Shown here: positions 19,558 to 28,809 of the stretch, piece after piece
Numbering within the stretch: position 1 is the stretch's first letter
Layout: each line of letters opens with the position of its first letter
Assembly (NCBI GenBank): GCA_905215695.1
Contig: CAJMQN010000007.1
Coordinates: forward strand, 17,938-81,937
Direction of reading: 5' to 3'
DNA from: an uncultured bacterium
GTDB lineage: Bacteria; Bacillota; Clostridia; Christensenellales; HGM11417
DNA length: 64,000 bases
Program-made: the position numbers and the translations under genes
Notes under the pieces: model-generated
What the model was told of the DNA's origin: nothing
What the model saw: the letters and a program-made list of their open reading frames with translations, nothing else
The model's database searches: none

Positions 19558-20432
19558 CGCAATGCAAAAGTAAAACCCGTGGCGGAAAGGGCGCAAGAAT
19601 CCTCCTGCGCTCGCTCAGATACCTTGCGCTTGTTGCGCTCGCCGTGTTCCTCGTCTTCCCCTTCTACTACATGCTGATCCGTAGTTTCATGCCGGTGGAG
19701 GAACTTCGTCTCCGTCCCATGCTCTTTTTTACCCTGAACTTCACCCTTGATTCCTGGAAGGAGATTTTCGGGGCGGGAAATTATCTGCTTTACACCTTCA
19801 ATACGCTGAAGATTGTGGTGATCAACTGCATCACCATACCGCTCGCGGCATCTTTCACCGCGTATGGGTTTGCAAAACTGAAGTTTAAAGGGCGCAATTT
19901 CCTGTTCGCGTTTATGCTTGGCACCATGATGTTGCCCGGCGCGATCATGCAAGTGCCGCTGTACGTCATGTTTGCCGGCATGAATTGGCTCAATACGAGC
20001 CTGCCCCTCATCATACCGGGGATGTTGGGAGGCGGTGCGATGAATGTCTTTTTGTTCCGGCAGTTCATGCGGGGACTTCCCAAAGAATTGGAAGAAGCCG
20101 CTCGGGTGGACGGGGCAAATCCCTTTATTCGCTACGCAGTCATCACCCTGCCGCTGTGCGTGCCCATCATCATCTACACGATTGTGGGTACATTCGTCGC
20201 CGGATGGGGCGATTTCTACGGACCGCTGCTATACATGACCTCGGTGGACGAGAGCAAACTGACGCTCGCCTATGCCGTGTTCAAGAGCTCCATGTATGAA
20301 AACGTGGGCGCTTTGCAGGAAGGGAAGCGCATGGCGGCGGGCGTGTTCATGACGCTGTTTCCGGCATTGCTGTTCTTCCTGTTTCAGCGGCAGCTCGTGG
20401 ACGGCATTGTGATGAACGGCATCAAAGGATAA
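19554..20432 (+). CDS. Sugar ABC transporter permease (MalG-like)
   Basis: EAA loop LEEAARVDGANPFIRYAVITLPL. The start overlaps the upstream permease stop. Confidence 0.88.
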   Translation: MTQCKSKTRGGKGARILLRSLRYLALVALAVFLVFPFYYMLIRSFMPVEELRLRPMLFFTLNFTLDSWKEIFGAGNYLLYTFNTLKIVVINCITIPLAASFTAYGFAKLKFKGRNFLFAFMLGTMMLPGAIMQVPLYVMFAGMNWLNTSLPLIIPGMLGGGAMNVFLFRQFMRGLPKELEEAARVDGANPFIRYAVITLPLCVPIIIYTIVGTFVAGWGDFYGPLLYMTSVDESKLTLAYAVFKSSMYENVGALQEGKRMAAGVFMTLFPALLFFLFQRQLVDGIVMNGIKG

Positions 20433-20465
20433 TGTGAGAGCAAATAAAAAGGAAGGGAGAAAATT

Positions 20466-22319
20466 ATGAAAAAAGTCTTATCGTTGCTACTATGCTCGGC
20501 ATTCATTTTTGCCGCCGGCTGCGGGGAATCCACACCGCCGGGCGGCGGGAATGAGCCGGGAACGGAGCAGACCGAAAAGCTCAAGTACTTTGAGGACGAC
20601 GACATCATCGAAATTGTAAACGCGGAGGACGTAAGAGAATTGACTGACATCGAATACACATTGGAAAATACTGTTGCTATCGACATTTACGGTCGGAAGG
20701 TACTCACCTATGGAAACGCCAAAGAGGGGCGGGACGTGGGCATGTTCTACTTTTCGTGGCTGGGTCATTTGCCGGACGCGGAAATCTACGACATTTCCGA
20801 ACTTCTTTTGAATCGTCCCGACGATCTTTGGAACCCGGAGGGGACAAAACACAGTCCGGTTGCCGTGGACTATTTCTGGACGGAGCCACTGTACGGCTAT
20901 TACAATAGTTGCGACCCCTGGGTTCTTGAGCGGCAGGTGCAGATTTTTATCACGCTCGGCATCGACTTTTTGGGGTTTGACGCGACAAATACGGTGTTCT
21001 ATCAGGATGCGTATGTCGCCCTTTTCAAGGTGCTCGAGAAGTACCATGAGCAGGGTTACAAGGTTCCGAAAGTCATGTTTTTGCTGAATGCACAGTCCGC
21101 CGCCCGCCTGCGTTCGGTGTACGAGGACTACTATAAGCCCGAAGCCAACATATACGAGCTGCCCGAATACCTGCGCTATGCTCCGAACGGCAAACCGCTC
21201 ATCAGCGCGGACCTCGGCGAGCTGAAGGCTGCGGGTGCCGCGGTGGAAGATCTGACGTCCTATTTTGAAGTCAAGCACACCTGGTGGCCCAACGAGCCTG
21301 CGGAAAATTATCCCGATTCCTTCTCCTGGATGGACTGGGGCTGGCCGCAAACCAACTTTGAGGACGGCTATATCAACGTCAGTGTGGCACAGCACGTGTC
21401 CGGCAGGTTCAGCAACAAAGACGCGGGCAACTGGGGGCGGGGCTATAACCATAAGACCAACCGCAATGAGCGCTCGGGAATCCGCACGGGCACGAACTAT
21501 CAGTCCCAATGGGGCAGTGTATTCGACCTGCTGGAAAAGGATTCGAGTGCCGTATCCAATGTGTTTATCACCGGATACAACGAGTGGGTTGCCGGCAAAT
21601 GGGTGGATAACGGCGCCGCCTATTTCGTGGATCAATTCAACGAAGAGTATTCGCGCGACATCGAGCCGATGAAGGGCGGGTACGCGGACAACTATTTGTT
21701 GCAGACCGCCGCCAACGTCCGCAGGTTCAAGTATGAAAAAGGCAAGAGCTATCAGCTGCCGCAGCATACGGTAACGACGCTCACCGATCTTGCGGCTTGG
21801 GAAGGCGCAAAAAAATATGTAGCCTTTACGGACAACGTATTCGACCGGAATTTCTGCGGTTGGAACAAAAACAAAATTTACACCGATACGACGGGAAGAA
21901 ACGACATTGCCGATATGCTGATTACGCACGACGCCGAAAATCTGTATGTCGCCGTCTCTACGGTTGATAAAATCAGCGACTACACAGAAGGCGACAAAAA
22001 CTGGATGAATCTGTGGCTCGGCGCCAATTCGGACGGAACGTTCGACTTTGTGGTGAACCGCACCCCGGGCAGCGGCAAGACGAGCATTGAAAAGCGCACC
22101 GCAGGCGGCTGGGAAAATGCGGGCGAAGCGGACTATGCCGTCAGCGGAAACCGTATCTTCTACCGCATTCCGTTGTCCGTCATCGGAGCGGACCCGGCGC
22201 GACCGGCGGTCACAATCAAGGCGAGCGACAACGTGGACGGGGCTGCCGATGTCATGAATTTCTACGTGCACGGCGACTGCGCTCCGATCGGGCGGTTTGC
22301 CTACAGTTACGGCGTATAA
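20466..22319 (+). CDS. Secreted lipoprotein, putative glycoside-hydrolase-like protein (function uncertain)
   Basis: Lipobox IFAAGC. The segment PLYGYYNSCDPWVLERQVQIFITLGIDFLGFDATN resembles the start of TIM-barrel glycosidase-like families. No confident family assignment is possible by eye. Confidence 0.45.
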   Translation: MKKVLSLLLCSAFIFAAGCGESTPPGGGNEPGTEQTEKLKYFEDDDIIEIVNAEDVRELTDIEYTLENTVAIDIYGRKVLTYGNAKEGRDVGMFYFSWLGHLPDAEIYDISELLLNRPDDLWNPEGTKHSPVAVDYFWTEPLYGYYNSCDPWVLERQVQIFITLGIDFLGFDATNTVFYQDAYVALFKVLEKYHEQGYKVPKVMFLLNAQSAARLRSVYEDYYKPEANIYELPEYLRYAPNGKPLISADLGELKAAGAAVEDLTSYFEVKHTWWPNEPAENYPDSFSWMDWGWPQTNFEDGYINVSVAQHVSGRFSNKDAGNWGRGYNHKTNRNERSGIRTGTNYQSQWGSVFDLLEKDSSAVSNVFITGYNEWVAGKWVDNGAAYFVDQFNEEYSRDIEPMKGGYADNYLLQTAANVRRFKYEKGKSYQLPQHTVTTLTDLAAWEGAKKYVAFTDNVFDRNFCGWNKNKIYTDTTGRNDIADMLITHDAENLYVAVSTVDKISDYTEGDKNWMNLWLGANSDGTFDFVVNRTPGSGKTSIEKRTAGGWENAGEADYAVSGNRIFYRIPLSVIGADPARPAVTIKASDNVDGAADVMNFYVHGDCAPIGRFAYSYGV

Positions 22320-22330
22320 GGAGGGATAAA

Positions 22331-24415
22331 ATGATGAGCAGTGTCGGAAAGAGGGGCTTGCTTGCCGCCTTCGCCTGCCTTTGCGCGGTATGTATGGCAA
22401 TCGGGCTGTGCTTGCCGCCGGCAAAGGCGGCAGAAACCGGCGCGTGGACGGCGGGAAGCGGTTCTTCTCTCGAAGGGAGCATTCTCACGGGAGGAGAGGA
22501 CGGAAGAGCACAGGTTACCTATGCGGGCGCAGATTTTGTAGAGGGCGGACAGCTCTCCTATCAATTTGCCTCGCGCAAAGATTTTTCGGTGGGCTATGAA
22601 GTGAACGCGCTGGACGAAGCCGGATTCCCCAAGGACAACGCGCGGATCTACGACCACAGTTATGTGAAGTTTACGGTTCTCAATGAGAAGAACGAGGGGT
22701 TTGAAGTCAAGTTCTATCATCAGAATCCGGACTACGAAGTCGAACCCAATAAACTCGAAATCAACCTGACCTGGCTGTCCCCCGCCATCGCTGCGGACGC
22801 GGCGCAATCCAAGGAGACGGGGCGGCACTATGTGGAGACCGTTTATTCGTTTGTGAACAATTTCGGAGCTCCGCACACCCTTTCGTGCTATCGGTATGCG
22901 GGCGCGTATCGCATTTCCGTGGACGGCACGACTTTCATGCCCGTACCCGAATACGGAGAGTTTGATCTGTCAAATGTTTCCGTGACCGTTGACTTTATGG
23001 CGGTGGATAAGAGAGTGCGCGCCGAGCTTGGCGCCGGAACGGATTTTGACCCTTCGCACGCGGGCGTGTGGAGCACGATGGGAGACAGCGTCATCACGGA
23101 GAACGAGGACGGCACGACAACCTTTTCGGTCGAGGATGCGACGGAAAAAATGCCGGTGTCAACGCCGATCGTTCAGCTCCGCGAAAAAATTATCTCTACC
23201 GAAGGGCTGGACGTGAGAAAACCCATCGTGTTGCAGGTCGCTTATTCGCGTTATACAGGTTTAACCTGGTTCTGGGGTTTGGGTCTCGCCAAACAGCCGT
23301 ACGACACCTACAAGTTGCAGTTTGAGGATTTCGGAAGAGGAGAGAACGAGACAAACACCTACCGCAACAACGGATTTGTCGCGGACGGCAAGGGACTGTT
23401 TATTCAGCCGGAGACGGGAAAGATTGAAAATACGACGATTCCGGGCGGTACGGACCTCGTTTCCTACCGTACCAACGACTTCATGGGCGCGGGATATACC
23501 GGACTCGAATGTCTCGATACCGTTCGATACGAAATCGGGGAGACCGACACCGATATTTGGTACAACGGCGAAAAGATTTTTGATCACTTCGCCATGAAAC
23601 AGAGCGACTTTGCCTCGAGCGATTACAGAGCGTATCCCGGATTTGCTTTTCTGGAACTGCCCTCGGCGGTCAACCAAAGCCGTTCCAATACGCTCACAAT
23701 CAAGGGCGCAAACGCCCCCTATCGGGAGGAGACGAGCGGTATCCGTTACAGTGAGAGCGCGGAGGGGTGCAAGATTGACATAGACTGCTTCGGCGAATCC
23801 CCCGCGTTGTCCTATGACGCGGCGGGTACCGAAACCGTTTCCGCAGAGAACTATTCTTACGACGACGGCTCCAAGGAGCTCACGCTGAAACCCGCATTTT
23901 TCACGGATTTCGGCAGCGCACCCCGCCATGTGTTCGTTTCGACCAAAAATGGTACTGCGCGGTTGCAGGTTCGATTTGTTCCGGAAGGGGAGGTCATAGA
24001 AGCCGCCGAGGTTTTGGACAAAGAATTGCGTTTCGAGCTCGGCAAAAAGCGGGACTTTACCTTCAAAATCGACTGCAAGGGGCAGACCTTCTCCCGCGTT
24101 TTTGGGCTGGGTCTCTTCTTGAGGGACGTCGAGTTTGACGAAAGTACGGGTACCGTTTCGATAAACGCCCGTGCTCTCAACGACTTGGACGTCGGCGAAT
24201 ATGTGATCAACATCGAAACGATTGATTTGGACGGCAATTATCTCGTGACGACCGTTCCCTTCTATGTGGACAAAAACCCGTACGAGGGAATGCAATCAAA
24301 CGGCTCTGCGTCCGGAGAGACGAAAGCGGGCTGCGGAAAATCTTCGGCGTCTGCGGGCGGTTTGGCTGCCCTTGTGGCAATTCTCGCCGCTGTCGGCGTG
24401 ATTCGTAAATATTAA
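22331..24415 (+). CDS. Large secreted protein with a GCGK-type C-terminal anchor/sorting tail (694 aa)
   Basis: Signal peptide ending AKA-AE. C-terminus GCGKSSASAGGLAALVAILAAVGVIRKY (24329-24415). The body is unrecognised. Confidence 0.75.
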   Translation: MMSSVGKRGLLAAFACLCAVCMAIGLCLPPAKAAETGAWTAGSGSSLEGSILTGGEDGRAQVTYAGADFVEGGQLSYQFASRKDFSVGYEVNALDEAGFPKDNARIYDHSYVKFTVLNEKNEGFEVKFYHQNPDYEVEPNKLEINLTWLSPAIAADAAQSKETGRHYVETVYSFVNNFGAPHTLSCYRYAGAYRISVDGTTFMPVPEYGEFDLSNVSVTVDFMAVDKRVRAELGAGTDFDPSHAGVWSTMGDSVITENEDGTTTFSVEDATEKMPVSTPIVQLREKIISTEGLDVRKPIVLQVAYSRYTGLTWFWGLGLAKQPYDTYKLQFEDFGRGENETNTYRNNGFVADGKGLFIQPETGKIENTTIPGGTDLVSYRTNDFMGAGYTGLECLDTVRYEIGETDTDIWYNGEKIFDHFAMKQSDFASSDYRAYPGFAFLELPSAVNQSRSNTLTIKGANAPYREETSGIRYSESAEGCKIDIDCFGESPALSYDAAGTETVSAENYSYDDGSKELTLKPAFFTDFGSAPRHVFVSTKNGTARLQVRFVPEGEVIEAAEVLDKELRFELGKKRDFTFKIDCKGQTFSRVFGLGLFLRDVEFDESTGTVSINARALNDLDVGEYVINIETIDLDGNYLVTTVPFYVDKNPYEGMQSNGSASGETKAGCGKSSASAGGLAALVAILAAVGVIRKY

Positions 24416-24432
24416 AGGAGAGGTAAGGGAAA

Positions 24433-27108
24433 ATGAAGACGAGAACAAAATGGTTGTATTCTCTGTGCTGTGCCCTCATAGCGAGTCTGCTCGCGCTGTT
24501 TTTGGTGTGCGTTGTGCCCCTTCAGAGGGCACACGCGGAGACCGAAGAAAAAGTTGCGGCGTTCGACCCGAACATTGCGGGGCATTTAAGTATCACATAT
24601 GGGTGGGCAAACGTAGAAGTCAGACTGATATTTGCCCACCCCGTTGCGGAAGGAAGCAGCTACAACAATTTTTTACAGCCCATTTCATGGCATACGGGCG
24701 CGGGCGCAAAGCCTGCCGAGTGGGTGGAAAAGGTGCAGTCTGACGGGTCGTATGCAAGCGCGATGGACGAAATTCTCTTCGACGGAAAGTCTGTCCGCTA
24801 TCATCTCGAACACACGACGATGGCGGGCGGAATCAACCCCGTTGACGCGACCTTTGTGGACAAGACGGTTCTTTTTATGATTGACAAAGGTCATTGCCCT
24901 CAAACGACTTCGCACACGATAACGTTTACCAAAGATTACGTCTTTCCCACCGGATATTCGTTTGCGAATGACACGACGATTCTTGTGCCCGCAGGGGGCG
25001 GCGATCTTGCAACGGTTGTCAACACAGGCGTTGACGTAACGCTTTCGAGTATCTCGAAGGTCACGGAGGACGGGGAGTATTATGCCTTCGACGCGGCATT
25101 CAGCAACGCGCTCAATCTCATAGCGGCGCAGGATGTGACGGAGGCGCTCGCCGACAAGGTTTCGATCGGGAACAAGACGGTAGCGGAACTCAATGCAACT
25201 GCGGCGGGGAACGTACAGATCACCGCGGAGGGCACGACCCTTTCCTTCCGGGTGAAAAAGAGTGCGATAGACGCGCTCAAACTGACTTTTTCGGCGGGAA
25301 TCGAGTTCCCTTGCGGCAACAGACTGGCGGAGGGCGTTTCCAAAAGCTATTCCTTCGGGTCGAACTACTGGGTAGGACAGGAGTACGCCAAGGTGGAAAA
25401 AGTTGCGCCCATCGCGTTCAAGACCGACGAAGCCACGCACCTGACAATCTATACTAACGGCGCCAACGTCAATATCATGTTGCAGTTCGCTCACCCGGTG
25501 GTGGGAGAGGCAAATCCCGATAAGTACAATAACTTCCTTCAGCCGATGAGTTGGCATACGGGCGCGGGGGCGAAACCTTCCGAGTGGGTTGACCGAGTGC
25601 TTACCGACGGAACATACGATTCGGTCATGGATAAGATTCTCTTCAACGGTCAGCCTGTCCGCTATCATCTCGAACACACGACGATGGCGAACGGAATCAA
25701 CCCCGTTGACGCAAATTTTGTGGGTTCGGCAATCGGATTTATGATCAATACGCCCTACTACGGTCAAGGCGCGCATACGCTCGTTCTCAAAGAGGGACTC
25801 ATTCTCCCCAGCGGCTATTATGTCGAGGAAGACATCGTCATTCTGTGTACGGCGGGAGCCAACCTCGTGTTGAATCAGACGAGTTCCCTTTCTCTTGCCG
25901 AGACAGGCAAAGGCATCGCGTTTGCGGAAGCCTCAAAAATCACGGAAGAGGGCGATTGGTATTCCTTCGACGTATCTTTCAGCAACGTGCTCTTTATGGG
26001 CATGGGGCATAACGTGACGGAAACGGAGGTTTTGAGTCAAATCAAAATTGCCGGCAAGACAGCCGCCGAACTCGGCGCGGACGTTGAACTCTCTGCCTCC
26101 TATGCGACGCTCTCCGTGCGGATCAAAAAGACTGTCTTTGACAGCAATATGCGTATTTCCTTTTCGGCGGGGATTCCCTTCCCGAGCGGTAACACGCTGT
26201 CAAGCGCGGCGAACCGAACATATTTGAAAGATAAGGGCATTTGGTTTGCCGCGGTAGAGGATATTGAAGTTTCCGGACTCGAGGACGGCGGAATGAAGAT
26301 GTCCTACGGGGAGACCCGGGATGTCGTCGCGTCCGCATTGCCCCAAGACGCCGCCGTCAAAAAACTGAGCTATTCCTCCTCGGACGAGTCCATCGTCGAA
26401 ATTCTTTCCAACGGAAGAATGACGGCGGTCGGCGTCGGCACCGTCACAATCACCGTCGCTTCGGTGGGAAATCCGGAGGTGAAAGTCTGTTTCCCGGTGG
26501 TCGTCACCAAGATTCCGCTGACGAATATCGTGCTCGGACAGACTGCAAGCACGCGCCGGATCGGCGTAAATTTTGACATCGTCGTCAACTACCAACCCGC
26601 GAATGTCTCCGTAAAGGGCGTGACGTTCGAGTCCTCGAATCAGGCTGTCGCGGTTGTAGATGCAAATGGAAAAGTCACCACGGTCGGACCGGGCACCTGC
26701 ACGATCACAGTCACCTATACGGACGATCCCTCCAAGACCGCGACCTACACGCTTACCGTCGTGAAGAGCGTGGCGAGTCTGGAAATCACCGAGCCGACGA
26801 AAGTCAGCTATGAGAGCGGCGAGTCCTTCGACGCGGCAGGACTCAAAGTCACCGCCGTGTATGACGACGGAAGCAAAAAGGAACTTTCCGCATCCGAATA
26901 CACTGTTACGGGCTACTCGGCTTCTACACTCGGGGAGCAAATCATAACCGTCAGCTATGAGGGCGTGACCGGCGAGTTTGTGGTAGAGGTAAAGCCGGCG
27001 ACCGAAAAACCCGAAGAGAAGAAGGGATGCGGAAAATCCGCGGACGGAGCAATGGCAGCTATCCTCGCACTGGGCGTGGCATTGTTAACGAAAATGAAAT
27101 TGGTTTGA
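24433..27108 (+). CDS. Large secreted protein with Ig-like domains and a GCGK-type C-terminal tail (891 aa)
   Basis: Signal peptide ending AHA-ET. Two Big_2-like domains (SSSDESIVEILSNGRMTAVGVGTVTITV; FESSNQAVAVVDANGKVTTVGPGTCTITV) and one Big_3-like domain (YESGESFDAAGLKVTAVYDDGSKKEL...VSYEGVTGEFVVEV). C-terminus GCGKSADGAMAAILALGVALLTKMKLV (27025-27108). Confidence 0.8.
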   Translation: MKTRTKWLYSLCCALIASLLALFLVCVVPLQRAHAETEEKVAAFDPNIAGHLSITYGWANVEVRLIFAHPVAEGSSYNNFLQPISWHTGAGAKPAEWVEKVQSDGSYASAMDEILFDGKSVRYHLEHTTMAGGINPVDATFVDKTVLFMIDKGHCPQTTSHTITFTKDYVFPTGYSFANDTTILVPAGGGDLATVVNTGVDVTLSSISKVTEDGEYYAFDAAFSNALNLIAAQDVTEALADKVSIGNKTVAELNATAAGNVQITAEGTTLSFRVKKSAIDALKLTFSAGIEFPCGNRLAEGVSKSYSFGSNYWVGQEYAKVEKVAPIAFKTDEATHLTIYTNGANVNIMLQFAHPVVGEANPDKYNNFLQPMSWHTGAGAKPSEWVDRVLTDGTYDSVMDKILFNGQPVRYHLEHTTMANGINPVDANFVGSAIGFMINTPYYGQGAHTLVLKEGLILPSGYYVEEDIVILCTAGANLVLNQTSSLSLAETGKGIAFAEASKITEEGDWYSFDVSFSNVLFMGMGHNVTETEVLSQIKIAGKTAAELGADVELSASYATLSVRIKKTVFDSNMRISFSAGIPFPSGNTLSSAANRTYLKDKGIWFAAVEDIEVSGLEDGGMKMSYGETRDVVASALPQDAAVKKLSYSSSDESIVEILSNGRMTAVGVGTVTITVASVGNPEVKVCFPVVVTKIPLTNIVLGQTASTRRIGVNFDIVVNYQPANVSVKGVTFESSNQAVAVVDANGKVTTVGPGTCTITVTYTDDPSKTATYTLTVVKSVASLEITEPTKVSYESGESFDAAGLKVTAVYDDGSKKELSASEYTVTGYSASTLGEQIITVSYEGVTGEFVVEVKPATEKPEEKKGCGKSADGAMAAILALGVALLTKMKLV
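24562..26251 (+). repeat. Intragenic tandem duplication (two units of about 280 aa) in the 891-aa protein
   Basis: Unit 1 spans roughly 24562-25377 and unit 2 roughly 25417-26251. Shared strings include NNFLQP(I/M)SWHTGAGAKP(A/S)EWV and RYHLEHTTMA.GINPVDA.FV. A 58-nt block at 24791-24848 matches 25655-25712 with only 2 mismatches. Confidence 0.85.
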
Positions 27109-27144
27109 GGATAGAGGAAAGCCTCACCGACAAAGGAGAGCAAC

Positions 27145-28656
27145 ATGAAAATTTCTTACAGGGAACTCAAAGACAAGATTTTGGGCTGCTGGTGGGGCAA
27201 GACGGCAGGGGGTACGATCGGAGCGCCGTTCGAATGCTATCGCGGGTGCAGGGACCTTGACTTTTATGTGCAGGACGACCCCAGCGGCGTGCCCAACGAC
27301 GACCTCGATTTGCAGCTGATGGTTCTCCGCGCGGTGGAAAAGTACGGAAATCGTATCGACGCGCACATTCTCGCCGAATATTGGCTGACCTACGTCTCCA
27401 CAAGCATGGCAGAGTACGGCGCGGGCAAGAACAATTTGCGGCATCAGCTCCCGCCCCCGCTCTCGGGTTCGTTCAACAACGTGAACAGGAACAGCTGCGG
27501 TGCGTTCATTCGCAGCGAGATGTGGGCGTGTCTGTGCCCGGGGAATCCCGACCTTGCCGTTCGCTATGCCATGGAGGACGCGATGATAGACCATGGCGAA
27601 GAGGGCGTCTATGGGGAGGTGTTCTGCGCCGCCGTCGAATCGCAGGCGTTTGTGGAGAGCGATATCCGCAAACTCCTCGAAAAGGGGCTTGGCTTTATCC
27701 CGGAGGACAGCGGAATGGCGCGGGGCGTGCGCTGTGTCATCGACGCTTACGACAGCGGGTTGACGTGGAAAGAGGCTCGCAAAGTCGTATTGAAGACAGT
27801 GCCGGGCAGTTTCGGCATGTTGTGCGGCACATACCCGGGCGAGGCTCCCGAACCGGATATTCCGCCTGCCGAGCACGGCTATGACGCGCCGAGCAACGTC
27901 GCTTTGGGCGTCTTGGGACTCCTGTACGGAGAAAAAGATTTCGGCAGAACGCTCTGTCTGTCGGCAGGCTGTATGGAGGACGCCGACTGCACGGCGGGCT
28001 TTGCCGCGGCGGCGCTTGGAATCATCCTCGGTCACGAGAATCTGCCAAAAAAATGGATTGACCCCCTCGGACACAAAATCGTTACCTGGTGTCTGCGTAT
28101 CGACAGCGACCTCTTCGTGCCGCAGACGGTGGAGGAACTGTCCGCGCGTGTGCTGCGCCTGATTCCCGCCTTTCTCGGTGAAGAGATTGTCCATTACGGT
28201 GCGGAGGGGTTTGAAGTCGAAATCGTGAGTGCCTATACGCTCTTCCGTCATCCCGGCATGAGGCAGATTGGGGAAGGGGATTTCCCAAAAGTACTTGCGC
28301 GCGTACCCGATACTGTTCGGTATCGGGGTGTGCCCTTTGATACCTATGTACAGTACGAAAACGGTCCGACGGCGGCGGCAAATTCCCGCAAAAAACTGAA
28401 ATTCTGCTTTTATAACAACATGCGCGAACAACAGTCGTTGGAGATGAAGTGGCATGTGCCGGAGGGCGTAACGATTTCGCCCGCGTCGTGCTGGGTGTCG
28501 CTGGATCAGGCGCATGGCGGCTATCCGGTGGCGGAGAGGGAAGTTGTCTTGGAGTTCGGGGAACTCTCGAGCGCAAAACTCGATCTGTCCGTTGAGGTCA
28601 TCACCAACGGTCGCTACACCAAAACCTTTATCCCGATTGTTTTGCTTGTCGAGTAA
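27145..28656 (+). CDS. ADP-ribosylglycohydrolase-family protein
   Basis: N-terminal ILGCWWGKTAGGTIGAPFE and NDDLDLQLMVLRAVE resemble ARH/DraG-fold motifs. 503 aa, no signal peptide. Confidence 0.65.
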   Translation: MKISYRELKDKILGCWWGKTAGGTIGAPFECYRGCRDLDFYVQDDPSGVPNDDLDLQLMVLRAVEKYGNRIDAHILAEYWLTYVSTSMAEYGAGKNNLRHQLPPPLSGSFNNVNRNSCGAFIRSEMWACLCPGNPDLAVRYAMEDAMIDHGEEGVYGEVFCAAVESQAFVESDIRKLLEKGLGFIPEDSGMARGVRCVIDAYDSGLTWKEARKVVLKTVPGSFGMLCGTYPGEAPEPDIPPAEHGYDAPSNVALGVLGLLYGEKDFGRTLCLSAGCMEDADCTAGFAAAALGIILGHENLPKKWIDPLGHKIVTWCLRIDSDLFVPQTVEELSARVLRLIPAFLGEEIVHYGAEGFEVEIVSAYTLFRHPGMRQIGEGDFPKVLARVPDTVRYRGVPFDTYVQYENGPTAAANSRKKLKFCFYNNMREQQSLEMKWHVPEGVTISPASCWVSLDQAHGGYPVAEREVVLEFGELSSAKLDLSVEVITNGRYTKTFIPIVLLVE

Positions 28657-28680
28657 CTTTGCGAAGTTACAGTTTTATAT

Positions 28681-28780
28681 TGCTCCCCACCCTATGGGAC
28701 TCGTCCCCTTGTTTAGGCAAAGGGTTGGAGCGGAGTTAAAGAATAGAGACCGAAGGATTTTATTCCTTCGGTCTTTTAAT
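28681..28780 (+). repeat. Repeat copy 2 of the tRNA-3'-end / hairpin / terminator element
   Basis: attgctccccaccctatgggactcgtccccttgtttaggcaaagggttggagcggagttaaagaatagagaccgaaggattttattccttcggtcttttaat aligns with 16038-16143 with a few indels. It includes the terminator agaccgaagga/tccttcggtct (28747-28777). Confidence 0.65.
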
Positions 28781-28809
28781 ATTATAGTGAAAATTGCTGT
28801 CAGTTCCGC

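Noticed and set aside
20490-22424. 644-aa ORF on the minus strand opposite the 617-aa lipoprotein gene
   Set aside because: It is a shadow ORF typical of GC-rich DNA. The translation is Arg/Gly/Val-rich low-information sequence with no RBS. The plus-strand gene has a lipobox, an SD sequence and operon context.
16226-28656. Calling locus 1 a mobile genomic island outright
   Set aside because: There is no integrase, recombinase, transposase or conjugation gene in or next to it. I report only the bracketing repeat as an observation.
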